DNA of 64,000 bases, taken from positions 2,750 to 66,749 of the forward strand of contig JAKBFV010000001.1 in NCBI GenBank assembly GCA_021833365.1. The letters are read 5' to 3'. Below, in pieces: positions 33,748 through 43,051 of the stretch. The first letter of the stretch is position 1. The number at the start of each line of letters is the position of its first letter. The notes beneath the pieces were generated by a model that saw nothing but the letters and a program-made list of their open reading frames with translations, ran no database searches and had not been told where the DNA came from. The translations under genes and the position numbers were made by a program. Source of the stretch: Pseudomonadota bacterium (GTDB taxonomy: Bacteria > Pseudomonadota > Gammaproteobacteria > Pseudomonadales > Moraxellaceae).

Positions 33748-34148
33748 AGATCGGCCTCCAGGGTGCGCGCGACGCTGTCCGTCTGACCGGCGGCACCGCT
33801 ATGGGCGAGGGCGGTCAGGGTGTACCAGGTATGGGATTGCCCGTCTTCGCTGATCGGGCCATAAGCCTGGCAGCTGACGTCGACCTGAAAGCCCTTCAGA
33901 CTGCCATCCTGCAAGAGCAGGCTGGTGTTGCAGGACTGACCATGCTCGAGCCGGTAGATGCCCCAGTCGAGACCGCTCTGCGCGGCGCTGAAGGCGCGCA
34001 GCTGCAGGCTCTGATGGCCGCTGGCGGTGCTGCTCAAAGTGAGCCACTGGCTGAGCAGGGTGACCACGGCAGCGACGACGACGATGATGAAGATGGCCAG
34101 GACCAGGGCGACGCCGCGCTGACGGCGCTCAGATGCCGTTCGGGACAT
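33738..34148 (-). CDS. mshP: MshP-like minor pilin/PilX-like protein
   Basis: 136 aa from ATG 34148; the track ORF is longer. RQRGVALVLAIFIIVVVAAVVTLL is an N-terminal hydrophobic helix. Assigned by position between mshO and mshQ. Confidence 0.55.
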   Translation of the reverse strand: MSRTASERRQRGVALVLAIFIIVVVAAVVTLLSQWLTLSSTASGHQSLQLRAFSAAQSGLDWGIYRLEHGQSCNTSLLLQDGSLKGFQVDVSCQAYGPISEDGQSHTWYTLTALAHSGAAGQTDSVARTLEADLWL

Positions 34149-34929
34149 AGACCTGCTCCAGGAGGTTGACGTTCTCGCCATTGCCGGTCAGGGTCAGCTG
34201 CAGGGTGATGACGCCGCTGCGCGTGGCGGTACCGCTCTGATAACTGAACTGGCAGGCGCTGATCTGCGGGCTGACCAGGGCCGAGGTGCTGCCCGCCGGC
34301 GGACTGGCGATGGCCGGCTGGATGGCGTAGGCACTGTAGCGCAGGAGCTGTCCGGCGCTGCAGACATAGCTGATCGGCGTGTCGACGACGTAGTAACGCT
34401 GTGCCGGTGAAGGATAGGGAAACTGCCAGGCCGATGACAGGGTGATCAGGCTCTCGGGACTGCCGCTGCTGACGCTCACACGGGTGCCGGGCGGGGTGAT
34501 GACGGCATCGCCAGCGTAAGCATCGGCGCCCGGTTGTCCGGTGTGGTAGATCACCAGGCGGCTGCCTGCCGGCACCTGGGCCTGCGGACCGGCGACCTGA
34601 AAGCTGCTGTCCGGCTGAGTGAAGTCGAGGGTGTCGGAGCTCGGCAGATTGCTGGCGCTGGCACGATAGCGCCCGGCGCTGGCGACGTGCAGCAGTTCGA
34701 AGCCCTGGCCATTGGCGCTGACGCGCAGGCTGTTGGGCAGGGCTTCGTGGATGTCGCGCTGCATCAGATCGAGGGCATTGTCGGCGAGCATGACCAGATG
34801 GGTACGTTCGCGCGTCGCCGCCCAGGCCTGGAAGGGCGACGCCGACAAAGGCAGGATGATGGCGGCGATGATGCCGATGAGGACCAGGGAGATGACCAGC
34901 TCGATGAGGGTGAAGCCGCGCTGCCCCAT
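34129..34929 (-). CDS. mshO: MshO-like type IV minor pilin
   Basis: 266 aa with a prepilin N-terminus (MGQRGFTLIELVISLVLIGIIA). Symbol assigned by synteny. Confidence 0.65.
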   Translation of the reverse strand: MGQRGFTLIELVISLVLIGIIAAIILPLSASPFQAWAATRERTHLVMLADNALDLMQRDIHEALPNSLRVSANGQGFELLHVASAGRYRASASNLPSSDTLDFTQPDSSFQVAGPQAQVPAGSRLVIYHTGQPGADAYAGDAVITPPGTRVSVSSGSPESLITLSSAWQFPYPSPAQRYYVVDTPISYVCSAGQLLRYSAYAIQPAIASPPAGSTSALVSPQISACQFSYQSGTATRSGVITLQLTLTGNGENVNLLEQVYVPNGI

Positions 34930-34931
34930 GC

Positions 34932-35402
34932 TCAGTACCTCGTCCGGATGGCCGTCGTCACCGTCTGCAGGCCGGTCGCCTGAGCGATGACGGTGATGTC
35001 GATGCGCAGGACGTCGGCCGGCGGCAGGCCCTGCCAGGCATAGTTGGGGGTGACGCTCACCTTGATCTCGTAGGCGCTCAGCGCCGGAATCGCCTGACCA
35101 TACTGATCGTGCGCACCGACGTCATCGAGGCCGTTGTAGTCGCAGATGTTGTTCATCTGCGCGCGCACCTCCACCGGTCCGGCACAGGCCGGCGCCGTCG
35201 CCGCCAGGCTCGGATCGACGAAGGGCTTGGCGGTGATCTCCTCCATATAGGCGCGGGCGATGGCGTTCGCCTGTTCAGCGATCATCGGATCGGCCGAGTG
35301 TCCGACGAGGGCACCGAGAGCGCCATAGAGTGCGCCGGCGGCAAGACCGATGACGACGAGGGCGATCACCAGCTCGATGAGGGTGAAGCCGCGTGCTTTC
35401 AT
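34932..35402 (-). CDS. mshD: MshD-like type IV minor pilin
   Basis: 156 aa with a prepilin N-terminus (MKARGFTLIELVIALVVIGLAA). Symbol assigned by synteny. Confidence 0.65.
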   Translation of the reverse strand: MKARGFTLIELVIALVVIGLAAGALYGALGALVGHSADPMIAEQANAIARAYMEEITAKPFVDPSLAATAPACAGPVEVRAQMNNICDYNGLDDVGAHDQYGQAIPALSAYEIKVSVTPNYAWQGLPPADVLRIDITVIAQATGLQTVTTAIRTRY

Positions 35403-35902
35403 TGGATGTACCCGCTCAGCCCGTAGAGGACGTAGCTGCGGCTGACCGCGCCGCCCTGCGCCTGGATGGTGAGCTGATTGAAAGGCGCACTGTTCCAGCT
35501 GCCGCTACGGATGCTGCCGTCGGGGGCGAAGATGAGGTTGCCGAGGCCGCCGCTCAACACCAGATCGCTCGGCGCCGTCGCCGCCAGGGCCGTGCCCGTC
35601 TCCGGATCGATGAGGGTCTGCGTGAACGCAGGCGGCAGAGGCCCGCCCGGACATTGCGCGTCGCTCATGGCCTGATACCCGGTCGCCGAGATCTGCATCT
35701 GCACATGGCAGCCACTGGTCACGGCGGCGTCGTGGGCATAGCGCAGCTGGTTATAGAAAGACTCTTCAAAACCGCTGTCACGAAAGGTGGTCTGCGAAAA
35801 AAAACGCGGCCCGATGAGGGCCGCGGTGATGCCGATGATGAGCATCACCGCGATCAGCTCGACCAGGGTGAAGCCGCGCACCGCCGGCATCGGCGCCGGC
35901 AT
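35399..35902 (-). CDS. mshC: MshC-like type IV minor pilin
   Basis: 167 aa with a prepilin N-terminus (AVRGFTLVELIAVMLIIGI). ATGA overlap with the mshA stop. Confidence 0.65.
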   Translation of the reverse strand: MPAPMPAVRGFTLVELIAVMLIIGITAALIGPRFFSQTTFRDSGFEESFYNQLRYAHDAAVTSGCHVQMQISATGYQAMSDAQCPGGPLPPAFTQTLIDPETGTALAATAPSDLVLSGGLGNLIFAPDGSIRSGSWNSAPFNQLTIQAQGGAVSRSYVLYGLSGYIQ

Positions 35903-36351
35903 CAGCAGGCGAGGTAGTTTGCCGGTGGTGCGGTGACCGTCGCCGCCATTCCTGGGGCTGCTGCGTTATAGGTGATGATGCAGGTGGCAGGGGCATTGAC
36001 CGGCGAGATGACACCGGCGGCGGTGATAGTATAATCCGTGGCGCTCAATTGCGCCGCCGTCATGATGCCGGCATTATCAGCGGTCGGATAGCCGTTGAGC
36101 ATGGTGACTGCCTGTCCTTCCAGCATGATGTTTCCTGCCGGCTGACCACTCGCCAGCCAGTCGGCGTGGGCGATGGCCATGGCCGAGTTCACCGCGCCGC
36201 GTGCGCCCTGCAGGGAGGCGTAGCGCGCCTGCTGGCTGAGATCGGCGAAGCGCGGCAGGGCCACCGCCGCCAGGATGCCGATGATGACGATCACCATCAC
36301 CAGTTCGATGAGGGTGAAGCCGCCTTGTTGTTGCCGTCTTGTCGCTTGCAT
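35902..36351 (-). CDS. mshA: MSHA-type major pilin
   Basis: 149 aa from ATG 36351; the track ORF starts at 36414. MQATRRQQQGGFTLIELVMVIVIIGILAAVALPRF is a classic type IVa prepilin leader plus N-methyl-Phe helix. C-terminal Cys present. Confidence 0.8.
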   Translation of the reverse strand: MQATRRQQQGGFTLIELVMVIVIIGILAAVALPRFADLSQQARYASLQGARGAVNSAMAIAHADWLASGQPAGNIMLEGQAVTMLNGYPTADNAGIMTAAQLSATDYTITAAGVISPVNAPATCIITYNAAAPGMAATVTAPPANYLAC

Positions 36352-36400
36352 CGTGACACTCCTCTTGGGGACTTGTTTTAGCGTAAATCTTGAGCGTGCA

Positions 36401-36916
36401 TCAGTGTGCATCATCGTGAATCTCGACCCGTCCCTGGTGGGTGTCGTAGATCAAAAACCGCCTTTCGCTACCGAGCTCGTCTTTCTCCGCAACGACACAG
36501 AGACCGCCGGGCAGATCACGCACCTGCCAGTGCGGATCCGCACTGCCGCTGAGGATCTGCCACAGACCGGCGCAGCCGCCCAAGGATCCTGTCCGCAGAG
36601 CCTGCGGCCAGCCTTCGGCGCTGAAGCGGTAGCGCATCAGATCGCCTGACTTTGGCCCTGACCTTGGCAAGGCCGGCCCGGCGATCTGACGCTCCTCGTG
36701 TAGTATAGAGACCGCCGCCGAAAATTGCTTGCTCAGTCTTTGCCATTGTGCACCGCGCATCGCCGCCAGAGAGCCTTTGATCGGCATGATCGCCCAAGTC
36801 AGCAGCAGAGCGATGCTCATGACGACGATGATGATCTCGAGCTGGCTGGCACCGGCCGCCTTCGTTCGCCGGATGTCGCAGCGCTGTCGCCGTGTCGCGG
36901 ACATGGTGGCTTTCAT
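36401..36916 (-). CDS. MshF-like protein (degenerate pilin-like N-terminus)
   Basis: 171 aa from the ATG at 36916, which overlaps the mshG stop (ATGA). AAGASQLEIIIVVMSIALLL resembles a degenerate prepilin helix. The position matches mshF in the Vibrio msh order. Confidence 0.45.
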   Translation of the reverse strand: MKATMSATRRQRCDIRRTKAAGASQLEIIIVVMSIALLLTWAIMPIKGSLAAMRGAQWQRLSKQFSAAVSILHEERQIAGPALPRSGPKSGDLMRYRFSAEGWPQALRTGSLGGCAGLWQILSGSADPHWQVRDLPGGLCVVAEKDELGSERRFLIYDTHQGRVEIHDDAH

Positions 36917-38145
36917 CCGTGATGCAGCATCACCGAACTGAGGTTCCACAAGGGCAGGAAGACGCCCAGGGCCAGGACCAGGACGATGCCGCCGACGCCG
37001 AGCAGGAGCAGGGGCTCGATGCGATCGGTCAGGCTCTTCAGGTCATAGTCGACCTCTTCATCATAGAAATCAGCGACTTCATTGAGCATCTCCTCGAGGG
37101 TACCCGATTCTTCGCCGACCATGAGCATCTGCAGCACCAGCGGCGAGAACATGCCGGTGGCGGTGGCGGTGCGGGTGATGTTGTCGCCGCGCTGGATCTG
37201 TTCGGCCATGCCGGTGATGGCGGCGCCGATGTAGTCGTTGTCGACGGCCTTGGCGATGACCTGCAAGGAAGCGATGATGGGCACGCCGGCGCGCGCCATC
37301 ATCGCAAAGGCGCGGGTGAAACGGCTGAGCATGACGCGTTCGAAGATGTCGCCGACCAAGGGCAGTTTCAGTTTGAAGCGATCCCAGCGGTAGCGTCCGA
37401 GCGGTGTCTGGATATGGCGGCGCAGCAGGATGGTGGCGGCGATGAGGAAGAGGAGCAGCAGCCAGCCATCGTGGATGACGAAGTGCGAGGAGGCGATGAG
37501 GATGCGGGTGGGCAGGGGCAGGCTGGCGTGCAGCTTGGCGAAGACCCCGGCGAAGGCGGGGATGACGAAGACGTTGATGATGATCAGGGCGATGGCCAGC
37601 GCCATGAGCACGAAGCTGGGATAGCGCGTCGCCTGCTTCAGGCGTTTGCGCGTATCACGCTCGCGTTCGAGATGGCGCGACAGATCGACGAAGATCTCAT
37701 CGAGACGCCCGGTGTTCTCGCCGACCCGGACCATGTTGATGAACAAGGCGTTGAAGGTGTCGGGGTGTTGTCCGAGCGATTGCGTGACGCTTTGCCCCGA
37801 CTGCAGGGTCTGCACGGCGTCGCTGAGATGCTGGCGCAGGGTCGCCGACCGGCTCGAACTGGCCAGGGTGGCGAGGGCGCGGATGACCGGTACGCCAGCG
37901 CGGGTGAGGGCGTTCATCTGGCGGCAGAACATGATCAGTTCATCGATGCCGACCGGAGTATGGCGCCAGCGTTGCTTGAGTCCAGCGAGGAGATCTTCGC
38001 CACTGACCGTCTTGGCAGCGATGTGGACCGGTATGATCTGGCGCTGCTGCAACAGTGCCGCCGCTGCCGCCGTGCTGCTCGCTTCGACCTCGCCCTGGAC
38101 TTTCTGCCCCTGGCGGTTGCGGCCCTCGTAGCGGAATGCTGGCAT
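36913..38145 (-). CDS. mshG: type II secretion/type IV pilus platform protein (GspF/PilC family), MshG
   Basis: 410 aa with the duplicated T2SSF domain pattern and three TM segments. Directly downstream of the ATPase gene. Confidence 0.9.
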   Translation of the reverse strand: MPAFRYEGRNRQGQKVQGEVEASSTAAAAALLQQRQIIPVHIAAKTVSGEDLLAGLKQRWRHTPVGIDELIMFCRQMNALTRAGVPVIRALATLASSSRSATLRQHLSDAVQTLQSGQSVTQSLGQHPDTFNALFINMVRVGENTGRLDEIFVDLSRHLERERDTRKRLKQATRYPSFVLMALAIALIIINVFVIPAFAGVFAKLHASLPLPTRILIASSHFVIHDGWLLLLFLIAATILLRRHIQTPLGRYRWDRFKLKLPLVGDIFERVMLSRFTRAFAMMARAGVPIIASLQVIAKAVDNDYIGAAITGMAEQIQRGDNITRTATATGMFSPLVLQMLMVGEESGTLEEMLNEVADFYDEEVDYDLKSLTDRIEPLLLLGVGGIVLVLALGVFLPLWNLSSVMLHHG

Positions 38146-38152
38146 GGTCGTC

Positions 38153-39853
38153 TCAGTCGGCCTCGATCAGGTGCGTGACTTCAGCGAGCGAGGTCAGGCC
38201 CTCAGTCGCCAGCTCGAAGGCCGTCTCGGCGAGCGGGCGATAGCGCGGGCTTGCGCGCGCGGCGACGGTGAAAGCATTGTGATCGTTGTCGCGCAGGGCG
38301 TGCATCATGGCCTCGTCGAACTCCAGCCACTCATAGACGCCGATACGCCCTTTGTAGCCGATCATCTGACACTGACGGCAGCCGCGTGCCTTGAAAAAAG
38401 CCGCGTCCTGAGCCTTCAGGCCGAGCTTGTCGGGGAGCAGGGCGAGGGTCTCGGCCGCCGCCTCATCGCCCTCCTTGCAGTGCGGACAAAGGCGCCGCAC
38501 CAGCCTCTGTGCCATGATGGCGCGCAGGGCTCCCGCCGCCAGATAGGGCTCGATGCCCATGTCGACGAAGCGCATGGCGGCGCTGATCGAATCGTTGGTG
38601 TGCAAGGTACTGAACACGAGATGGCCGGTGATGGCGGCGCGCAGACCGATCTGAGCCGTTTCGAGATCACGCATCTCGCCGACCATGATGATGTCGGGGT
38701 CCTGGCGCAAGGCGGTGCGCAGGACGCGCTCGAAGCTGAGATCGATCTTGTTGTTGACCTGCACCTGGACGACGCGCGGCAACTGATACTCGATGGGATC
38801 CTCGACGGTGATGATCTTGACGTCGGGATGGTTGAGCTCGGCGAGGGCGGCGTAGAGCGTCGTCGTCTTGCCCGAGCCGGTCGGGCCGGTGACCAGGATG
38901 AGGCCATGCGGCTTGTGGATGACATGGCGCAGGCGCTCTAAGATGGGCGCCGGCATACCGATCGTGTCGAGGTCCTGCAGATGGCTGCCATGATCGAGCA
39001 GGCGCAGTACCACCGACTCGCCAAAGGGCGTCGGCAGGGTCGACAGACGCACGTCGATGTTCTTGCCGAGCACCTTGATGCCGAAGCGGCCGTCCTGGGG
39101 CAGGCGTTTTTCCGAGATGTCGAGCTCGGAGAGTATCTTCAGCTTGAGCACGACGGCGGCGGCGATACGGCGCTCGTTCATGACCTGTTCCTGCAGCAGG
39201 CCATCGACGCGCTTGCGCAGGCGGGTGAGCGACTCTTCCGGTTCGATGTGGATGTCGGAGGCGCCGCTGCGCACCGCATCCTCGAACAGGCTCTGCAGCA
39301 GCCGCGCCACCGGCGCATCGGCGGCGCTGGCGCTGTTGGCCAGGGTGGCGACGTCGAGATCGGACTCGCGCAGCTCTTCCTCGAGCTCGCCGGCGAGGGA
39401 GGCGATCTCCTCCTGCTTGCTGTAGATCGAATCGATGGTCATGAGCAGCTGATGCTCGCGCACCACGGCGGTGCTGACGATGCGGTTGAGGCGGCGTTGC
39501 AGCTCATCGACGGCGTGCAGATCGAGGGGGTCGGACATGGCGATGAGCAATCGCCCGTCCTGTTCGCCGAGCAACAGAGCGCGAAAGCGTCGCGCCAGAG
39601 CCTCGGGCAGCTGGCGTGCTACCTCGGTGCGTAGCGGATAGGTGTTGAGGTCGAGGAAGGGGATGCGCAGCTGATGCGCGAGCAGGCCGAGCAGATCGTC
39701 CTCATGCACCAGGTGCAGATCGATGAGCACCCGCCCGAGTTTCTTGCCCGAAGACTTCTGTTCGGCGAGAGCCTGCTGCAGATGACTCTCGCTGATCAGG
39801 CCGCTCTGCAGCAAGAGATCGCCGATACGCAGCTTGGGGACCGGCGAGTTCAT
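38153..39853 (-). CDS. mshE: MSHA pilus extension ATPase MshE (GspE family) with N-terminal MshEN c-di-GMP-binding domain
   Basis: 566 aa. Walker A GPTGSGKTTT, plus Asp and His boxes. The N-terminus carries two tandem MshEN-type motifs: RIGDLLLQSGLISESHLQQALAEQ and KLGRVLIDLHLVHEDDLLGLLAHQ. Confidence 0.9.
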   Translation of the reverse strand: MNSPVPKLRIGDLLLQSGLISESHLQQALAEQKSSGKKLGRVLIDLHLVHEDDLLGLLAHQLRIPFLDLNTYPLRTEVARQLPEALARRFRALLLGEQDGRLLIAMSDPLDLHAVDELQRRLNRIVSTAVVREHQLLMTIDSIYSKQEEIASLAGELEEELRESDLDVATLANSASAADAPVARLLQSLFEDAVRSGASDIHIEPEESLTRLRKRVDGLLQEQVMNERRIAAAVVLKLKILSELDISEKRLPQDGRFGIKVLGKNIDVRLSTLPTPFGESVVLRLLDHGSHLQDLDTIGMPAPILERLRHVIHKPHGLILVTGPTGSGKTTTLYAALAELNHPDVKIITVEDPIEYQLPRVVQVQVNNKIDLSFERVLRTALRQDPDIIMVGEMRDLETAQIGLRAAITGHLVFSTLHTNDSISAAMRFVDMGIEPYLAAGALRAIMAQRLVRRLCPHCKEGDEAAAETLALLPDKLGLKAQDAAFFKARGCRQCQMIGYKGRIGVYEWLEFDEAMMHALRDNDHNAFTVAARASPRYRPLAETAFELATEGLTSLAEVTHLIEAD

Positions 39854-41502
39854 GTCTTGCCCCCCGGAGGCGCCTTTTCGCCGGGCAGGGTGAAGTCTTG
39901 CGGATGCAGGTGCAACTGCTTGCCGCTGTGATCGAGGAAGTCATCGACGCGCATGGCGGGGACGATGACGGGGCGCAGGAGAAAGACCAGCTCGGTCTTG
40001 TTGTCGACCTCGTTTTTCTGCTGAAACAGGTACTTGAGGATGGGGATATGGCCGAGGATGGGCGTCGTCGCCAGGAGGCGGGTGTGATTGGTGGTCATCA
40101 GACCGCCGATGACGATGATCTGACCGCTGCGGCCGCGCACGATGGTGTCAGCCTCGCGCATCTGGCTGAGCGCCAGCGGCAGGGTGAAGGTGCCGCCGAG
40201 GGTGTTGCCGAGGTCGAAATTCTTGTTCTGCTGCGTCACCTGGGTGACCGATGGCCGCACGTGCAGGATGATCTCCTGATCATGGATCTGCGGCGTGATG
40301 TCAAGGGCGATGCCGGAGAAGAACTGGTCGAGGACCAGATTCGGTACGATGACCGAGTTGTTGATGCCGGTGATCAGGGTGGTGAAGGACAGCGCCGTGG
40401 CGAAGAACTCATCGGTGCCGACCTTGATCAGCGCCTTCTGATTGTTGATCGCCGCCACGCGCGGGCTGGACAGGACGTTGACATCACCCTGCGTCTCCAG
40501 GAGCTGGAGGACGCCGGTGAAGTTGCCGCCGGTCATGGCCATGCCGAAGACGCCGCCGATCTGGTCGGGGTTGCTGATCGGCGAGCTCGGTACGCCGGCC
40601 GCGGATTGCGATCCCACCGATAAGGTGCTGAGTTTGTTGCCGGCCATCTGCGACAGCTGCTGCCAGTTGATGCCTTCCTGGGCGCCGCTGTTGAGCTGCA
40701 CCTCGACGATCTTGGCGTCGATGAGCACCTGGCTGTTCATGGCATCTTCGGTCTTCTGCAGATAATCGGCGACCACCTTCTGCAGCTCCGGTGGGGCGGT
40801 GACCATGATCAGGCCCGACTCCGGCATGATCTGTACTTCGCCGGCGTGGCCGATCAGGGTGCTCAGGGTGTGCCGGATGTCGTCCCAGAAGTCGACGTCG
40901 TCGATGGTCTTGATGATGGTCGAGGTCGAACTCAGGCGATCGACGTTGAGGCCGGGGTTGATGTCGGGGCTGAGCATCGGCGGCGCCGCCTCTTTGCCAT
41001 TGGTCGCTGCGCTGGGCATGGTCGTGGGCATGGCCGGCATCGGACTGCCGCCGGTGCTCGTGCCCTGGCCGCCGGCGGTGTTGTTGGAGATGGCGCCGCC
41101 GCGTCCGGCGACGAAGGTCTGCGACTGACCGTAGCGGCGCGAGTCGAGGTAATCGAGATGGTAGAGGCGGATATTGCGGTCACGCCCGAGGATCTGGAAG
41201 CCGTAGCCGGTGCGCACATACTGATAACCGTAGGCGTCGGAGAGGGCGTCGAGGGTCTGCTGCAGATCGACATGGTTGAGGCGCAGGGTGATGTCGCCGC
41301 TGACGTCGGGACTGAGCACGATGTTTTCATGGGTCCCCTCCATCAGCGACAAAAAGAAATCGCGCGCCGGCATGTGATCGACGGTGACGTCGAAGTGCTC
41401 GGCATCGTCGCTATGGATGGGTTCAGCGGCCAGGGCCGGCACCAGCAGCCAGGCGCCGAGCAGGGTGAGGCAGAGACGTCGGAGCAAGGATCTAGCGGGC
41501 AT
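39850..41502 (-). CDS. mshL: secretin MshL
   Basis: 550 aa from ATG 41502 (MPARSLLRRLCLTLLGAWLLVPALAAEP signal peptide); the longer track ORF to 41793 is read-through. C-terminal secretin domain (VLSSPRVAAINNQKALIKVG...IPILGHIPILKYLF). Confidence 0.85.
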   Translation of the reverse strand: MPARSLLRRLCLTLLGAWLLVPALAAEPIHSDDAEHFDVTVDHMPARDFFLSLMEGTHENIVLSPDVSGDITLRLNHVDLQQTLDALSDAYGYQYVRTGYGFQILGRDRNIRLYHLDYLDSRRYGQSQTFVAGRGGAISNNTAGGQGTSTGGSPMPAMPTTMPSAATNGKEAAPPMLSPDINPGLNVDRLSSTSTIIKTIDDVDFWDDIRHTLSTLIGHAGEVQIMPESGLIMVTAPPELQKVVADYLQKTEDAMNSQVLIDAKIVEVQLNSGAQEGINWQQLSQMAGNKLSTLSVGSQSAAGVPSSPISNPDQIGGVFGMAMTGGNFTGVLQLLETQGDVNVLSSPRVAAINNQKALIKVGTDEFFATALSFTTLITGINNSVIVPNLVLDQFFSGIALDITPQIHDQEIILHVRPSVTQVTQQNKNFDLGNTLGGTFTLPLALSQMREADTIVRGRSGQIIVIGGLMTTNHTRLLATTPILGHIPILKYLFQQKNEVDNKTELVFLLRPVIVPAMRVDDFLDHSGKQLHLHPQDFTLPGEKAPPGGKT

Positions 41503-41860
41503 GAGAATCGTCCTGTACGGGCGTCGGCGACGCTGCGGCATAGGGATGGAGGGTGCGTTGCTGTGCACCATGCGTGAGCACGACGCGATCAGGCAGGATG
41601 TGGATGATCGTCCAGCCATCGATCCGCCGCCCTTCGGTGAGCAGCTCGCCATCGATGCGCACGAGGCGGCGCTGTGGCGCATAGAGCAGATAGTCGAGAT
41701 GCAGGGCCGGTGGCGGTGGTGCCGGCGGGCGGACGCTGTGCACGCCGGCGGCATGCGGATCCGGCGGTGTATAGAGAGGGCGGGTCGGGTCACGCTCTTG
41801 TGCTAGCACCGGCAGGCAGGTGAGCAGCAGGAACAGGGCGCAGGTACTCTCAGCTCGCAT
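41492..41860 (-). CDS. mshK: MshK-like small periplasmic protein
   Basis: 122 aa with a signal peptide (CALFLLLTCLPVLAQE). Assigned by position between mshJ and mshL. Confidence 0.55.
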   Translation of the reverse strand: MRAESTCALFLLLTCLPVLAQERDPTRPLYTPPDPHAAGVHSVRPPAPPPPALHLDYLLYAPQRRLVRIDGELLTEGRRIDGWTIIHILPDRVVLTHGAQQRTLHPYAAASPTPVQDDSHAR

Positions 41861-42464
41861 CGTTCAGGCCCTCATGACGATCGAGGATGAAGAGGTCGAG
41901 GTGCACCTGATTGTCGGGGTAGTGGGTGATGCGGTCTTCAAAGCTCTGCCAGTACCAGGGGCCGGCGCTTTCGAGGGCAGCAAGATCGGCGAGGATGGCG
42001 CTATAGTTGCCGACGAGCTCGAGCTGCAGGTCATGACGGTAAAGAGGTGGCTGTCCGCTGTCCGCCAGGCGCACCGCCGGCAGGGCGCGCAGCATCTGCA
42101 CACGCACGCCGGGATGGCGGGCGAGCACCTGACGGATCAGCTGCAGCGGTGAGTTGACGGCGGCACTGGCGGCGTCATCGGCAGCGAGCTCGCGGCTGAG
42201 CGCATCGAGCTCCGGGTCATCGGGATGCGGTCGCTGCGCCTGCAGGGAGAGCTGACGTATCTGCGCATCGATCTCGCGCACCTGCTGCCGGCTCACCGCC
42301 AGCTGATGATCGATGCGGCGCAAGTTCTGGCTTTGCACAGACAGCTGATTGAAGGCGAGGGCGATGATCAGGGCCAGCGGTGTGAACAGCACCAGCAGGC
42401 GCTCACGCAGGGAGAGAGCGTTGAGACGTTCCTGATAAGCGGCCAGGGATGCGCTCCAGGTCAT
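41850..42464 (-). CDS. mshJ: MshJ-like (PilO-like) inner-membrane assembly protein
   Basis: 204 aa with an N-terminal TM followed by a coiled coil. Assigned by synteny. Confidence 0.6.
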   Translation of the reverse strand: MTWSASLAAYQERLNALSLRERLLVLFTPLALIIALAFNQLSVQSQNLRRIDHQLAVSRQQVREIDAQIRQLSLQAQRPHPDDPELDALSRELAADDAASAAVNSPLQLIRQVLARHPGVRVQMLRALPAVRLADSGQPPLYRHDLQLELVGNYSAILADLAALESAGPWYWQSFEDRITHYPDNQVHLDLFILDRHEGLNDAS

Positions 42465-43051
42465 GGATGGGTGCTCCTCTGGTCGCTGAGCAGAAAGCTG
42501 CTCGTCGGTGCCTCTTCATCCTGATGGATCTGCAGTTGTCGCAGCGCGTCGTCGGCGATCAGCGCCGCCTGATGCAGGGCTTGCACATAGGGACTCAGGT
42601 GCTCGCTGCCGAGCACTTTGCCTTCGAGCAGGATGGGGCCACGGCTGCCGTGTTCGAGCTCGATGCGCGTCAGCCACAGGCCGGGCATGGGCAGATTCGC
42701 CAGGCGCTGCAGGCGCAAGGTATAGCCGGCGCGATAGGGAGCGAGACTCTGGTAAGCGATCAGGGATTGCTGCAAAGTCTGCCGTCGCGCCTGCCGTGCC
42801 GCCGCCAGACGCATGGGGTCGAGCTGGATCTGCAGTTGCGCCAGCTCACTCTGGCGCATCGCCAGTTCACTCTGCACTTGCAGCAAGTGTGATTGTTGCC
42901 GGGTGATGGTGTGGCTGAGCAAAAAAGCGCTCAGCGCCCACAGCGCGAGGAGCACCAGCATGGCCGCCAGCAGGGCGCGCAGATCGAGCAGACGCTCCGC
43001 CAGCGTGCGTCGTGGTCGTTGCAGGAGTTCGATGTCCTGGCGCAGATTCAT
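42461..43051 (-). CDS. PilN-like assembly protein (C-terminal half of Vibrio-type MshI)
   Basis: 196 aa. N-terminal TM (LLAAMLVLLALWALSAFLL) plus a coiled coil. Overlaps both neighbours by 4 nt. Confidence 0.55.
   Translation of the reverse strand: MNLRQDIELLQRPRRTLAERLLDLRALLAAMLVLLALWALSAFLLSHTITRQQSHLLQVQSELAMRQSELAQLQIQLDPMRLAAARQARRQTLQQSLIAYQSLAPYRAGYTLRLQRLANLPMPGLWLTRIELEHGSRGPILLEGKVLGSEHLSPYVQALHQAALIADDALRQLQIHQDEEAPTSSFLLSDQRSTHP

Noticed and set aside
30265-33786. Long plus-strand ORFs (30265-31410, 31438-32193, 32509-33786)
   Set aside because: They are antisense to the mshQ coding sequence. Their Ala/Gly/Asp/Arg-rich composition is typical of GC-rich shadow frames, and mshQ has a signal peptide and PA14 motifs.
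36892-38178. 428-aa plus-strand ORF
   Set aside because: It is antisense to mshG (GspF family) and has Asp/Gly/Ala-rich low complexity.
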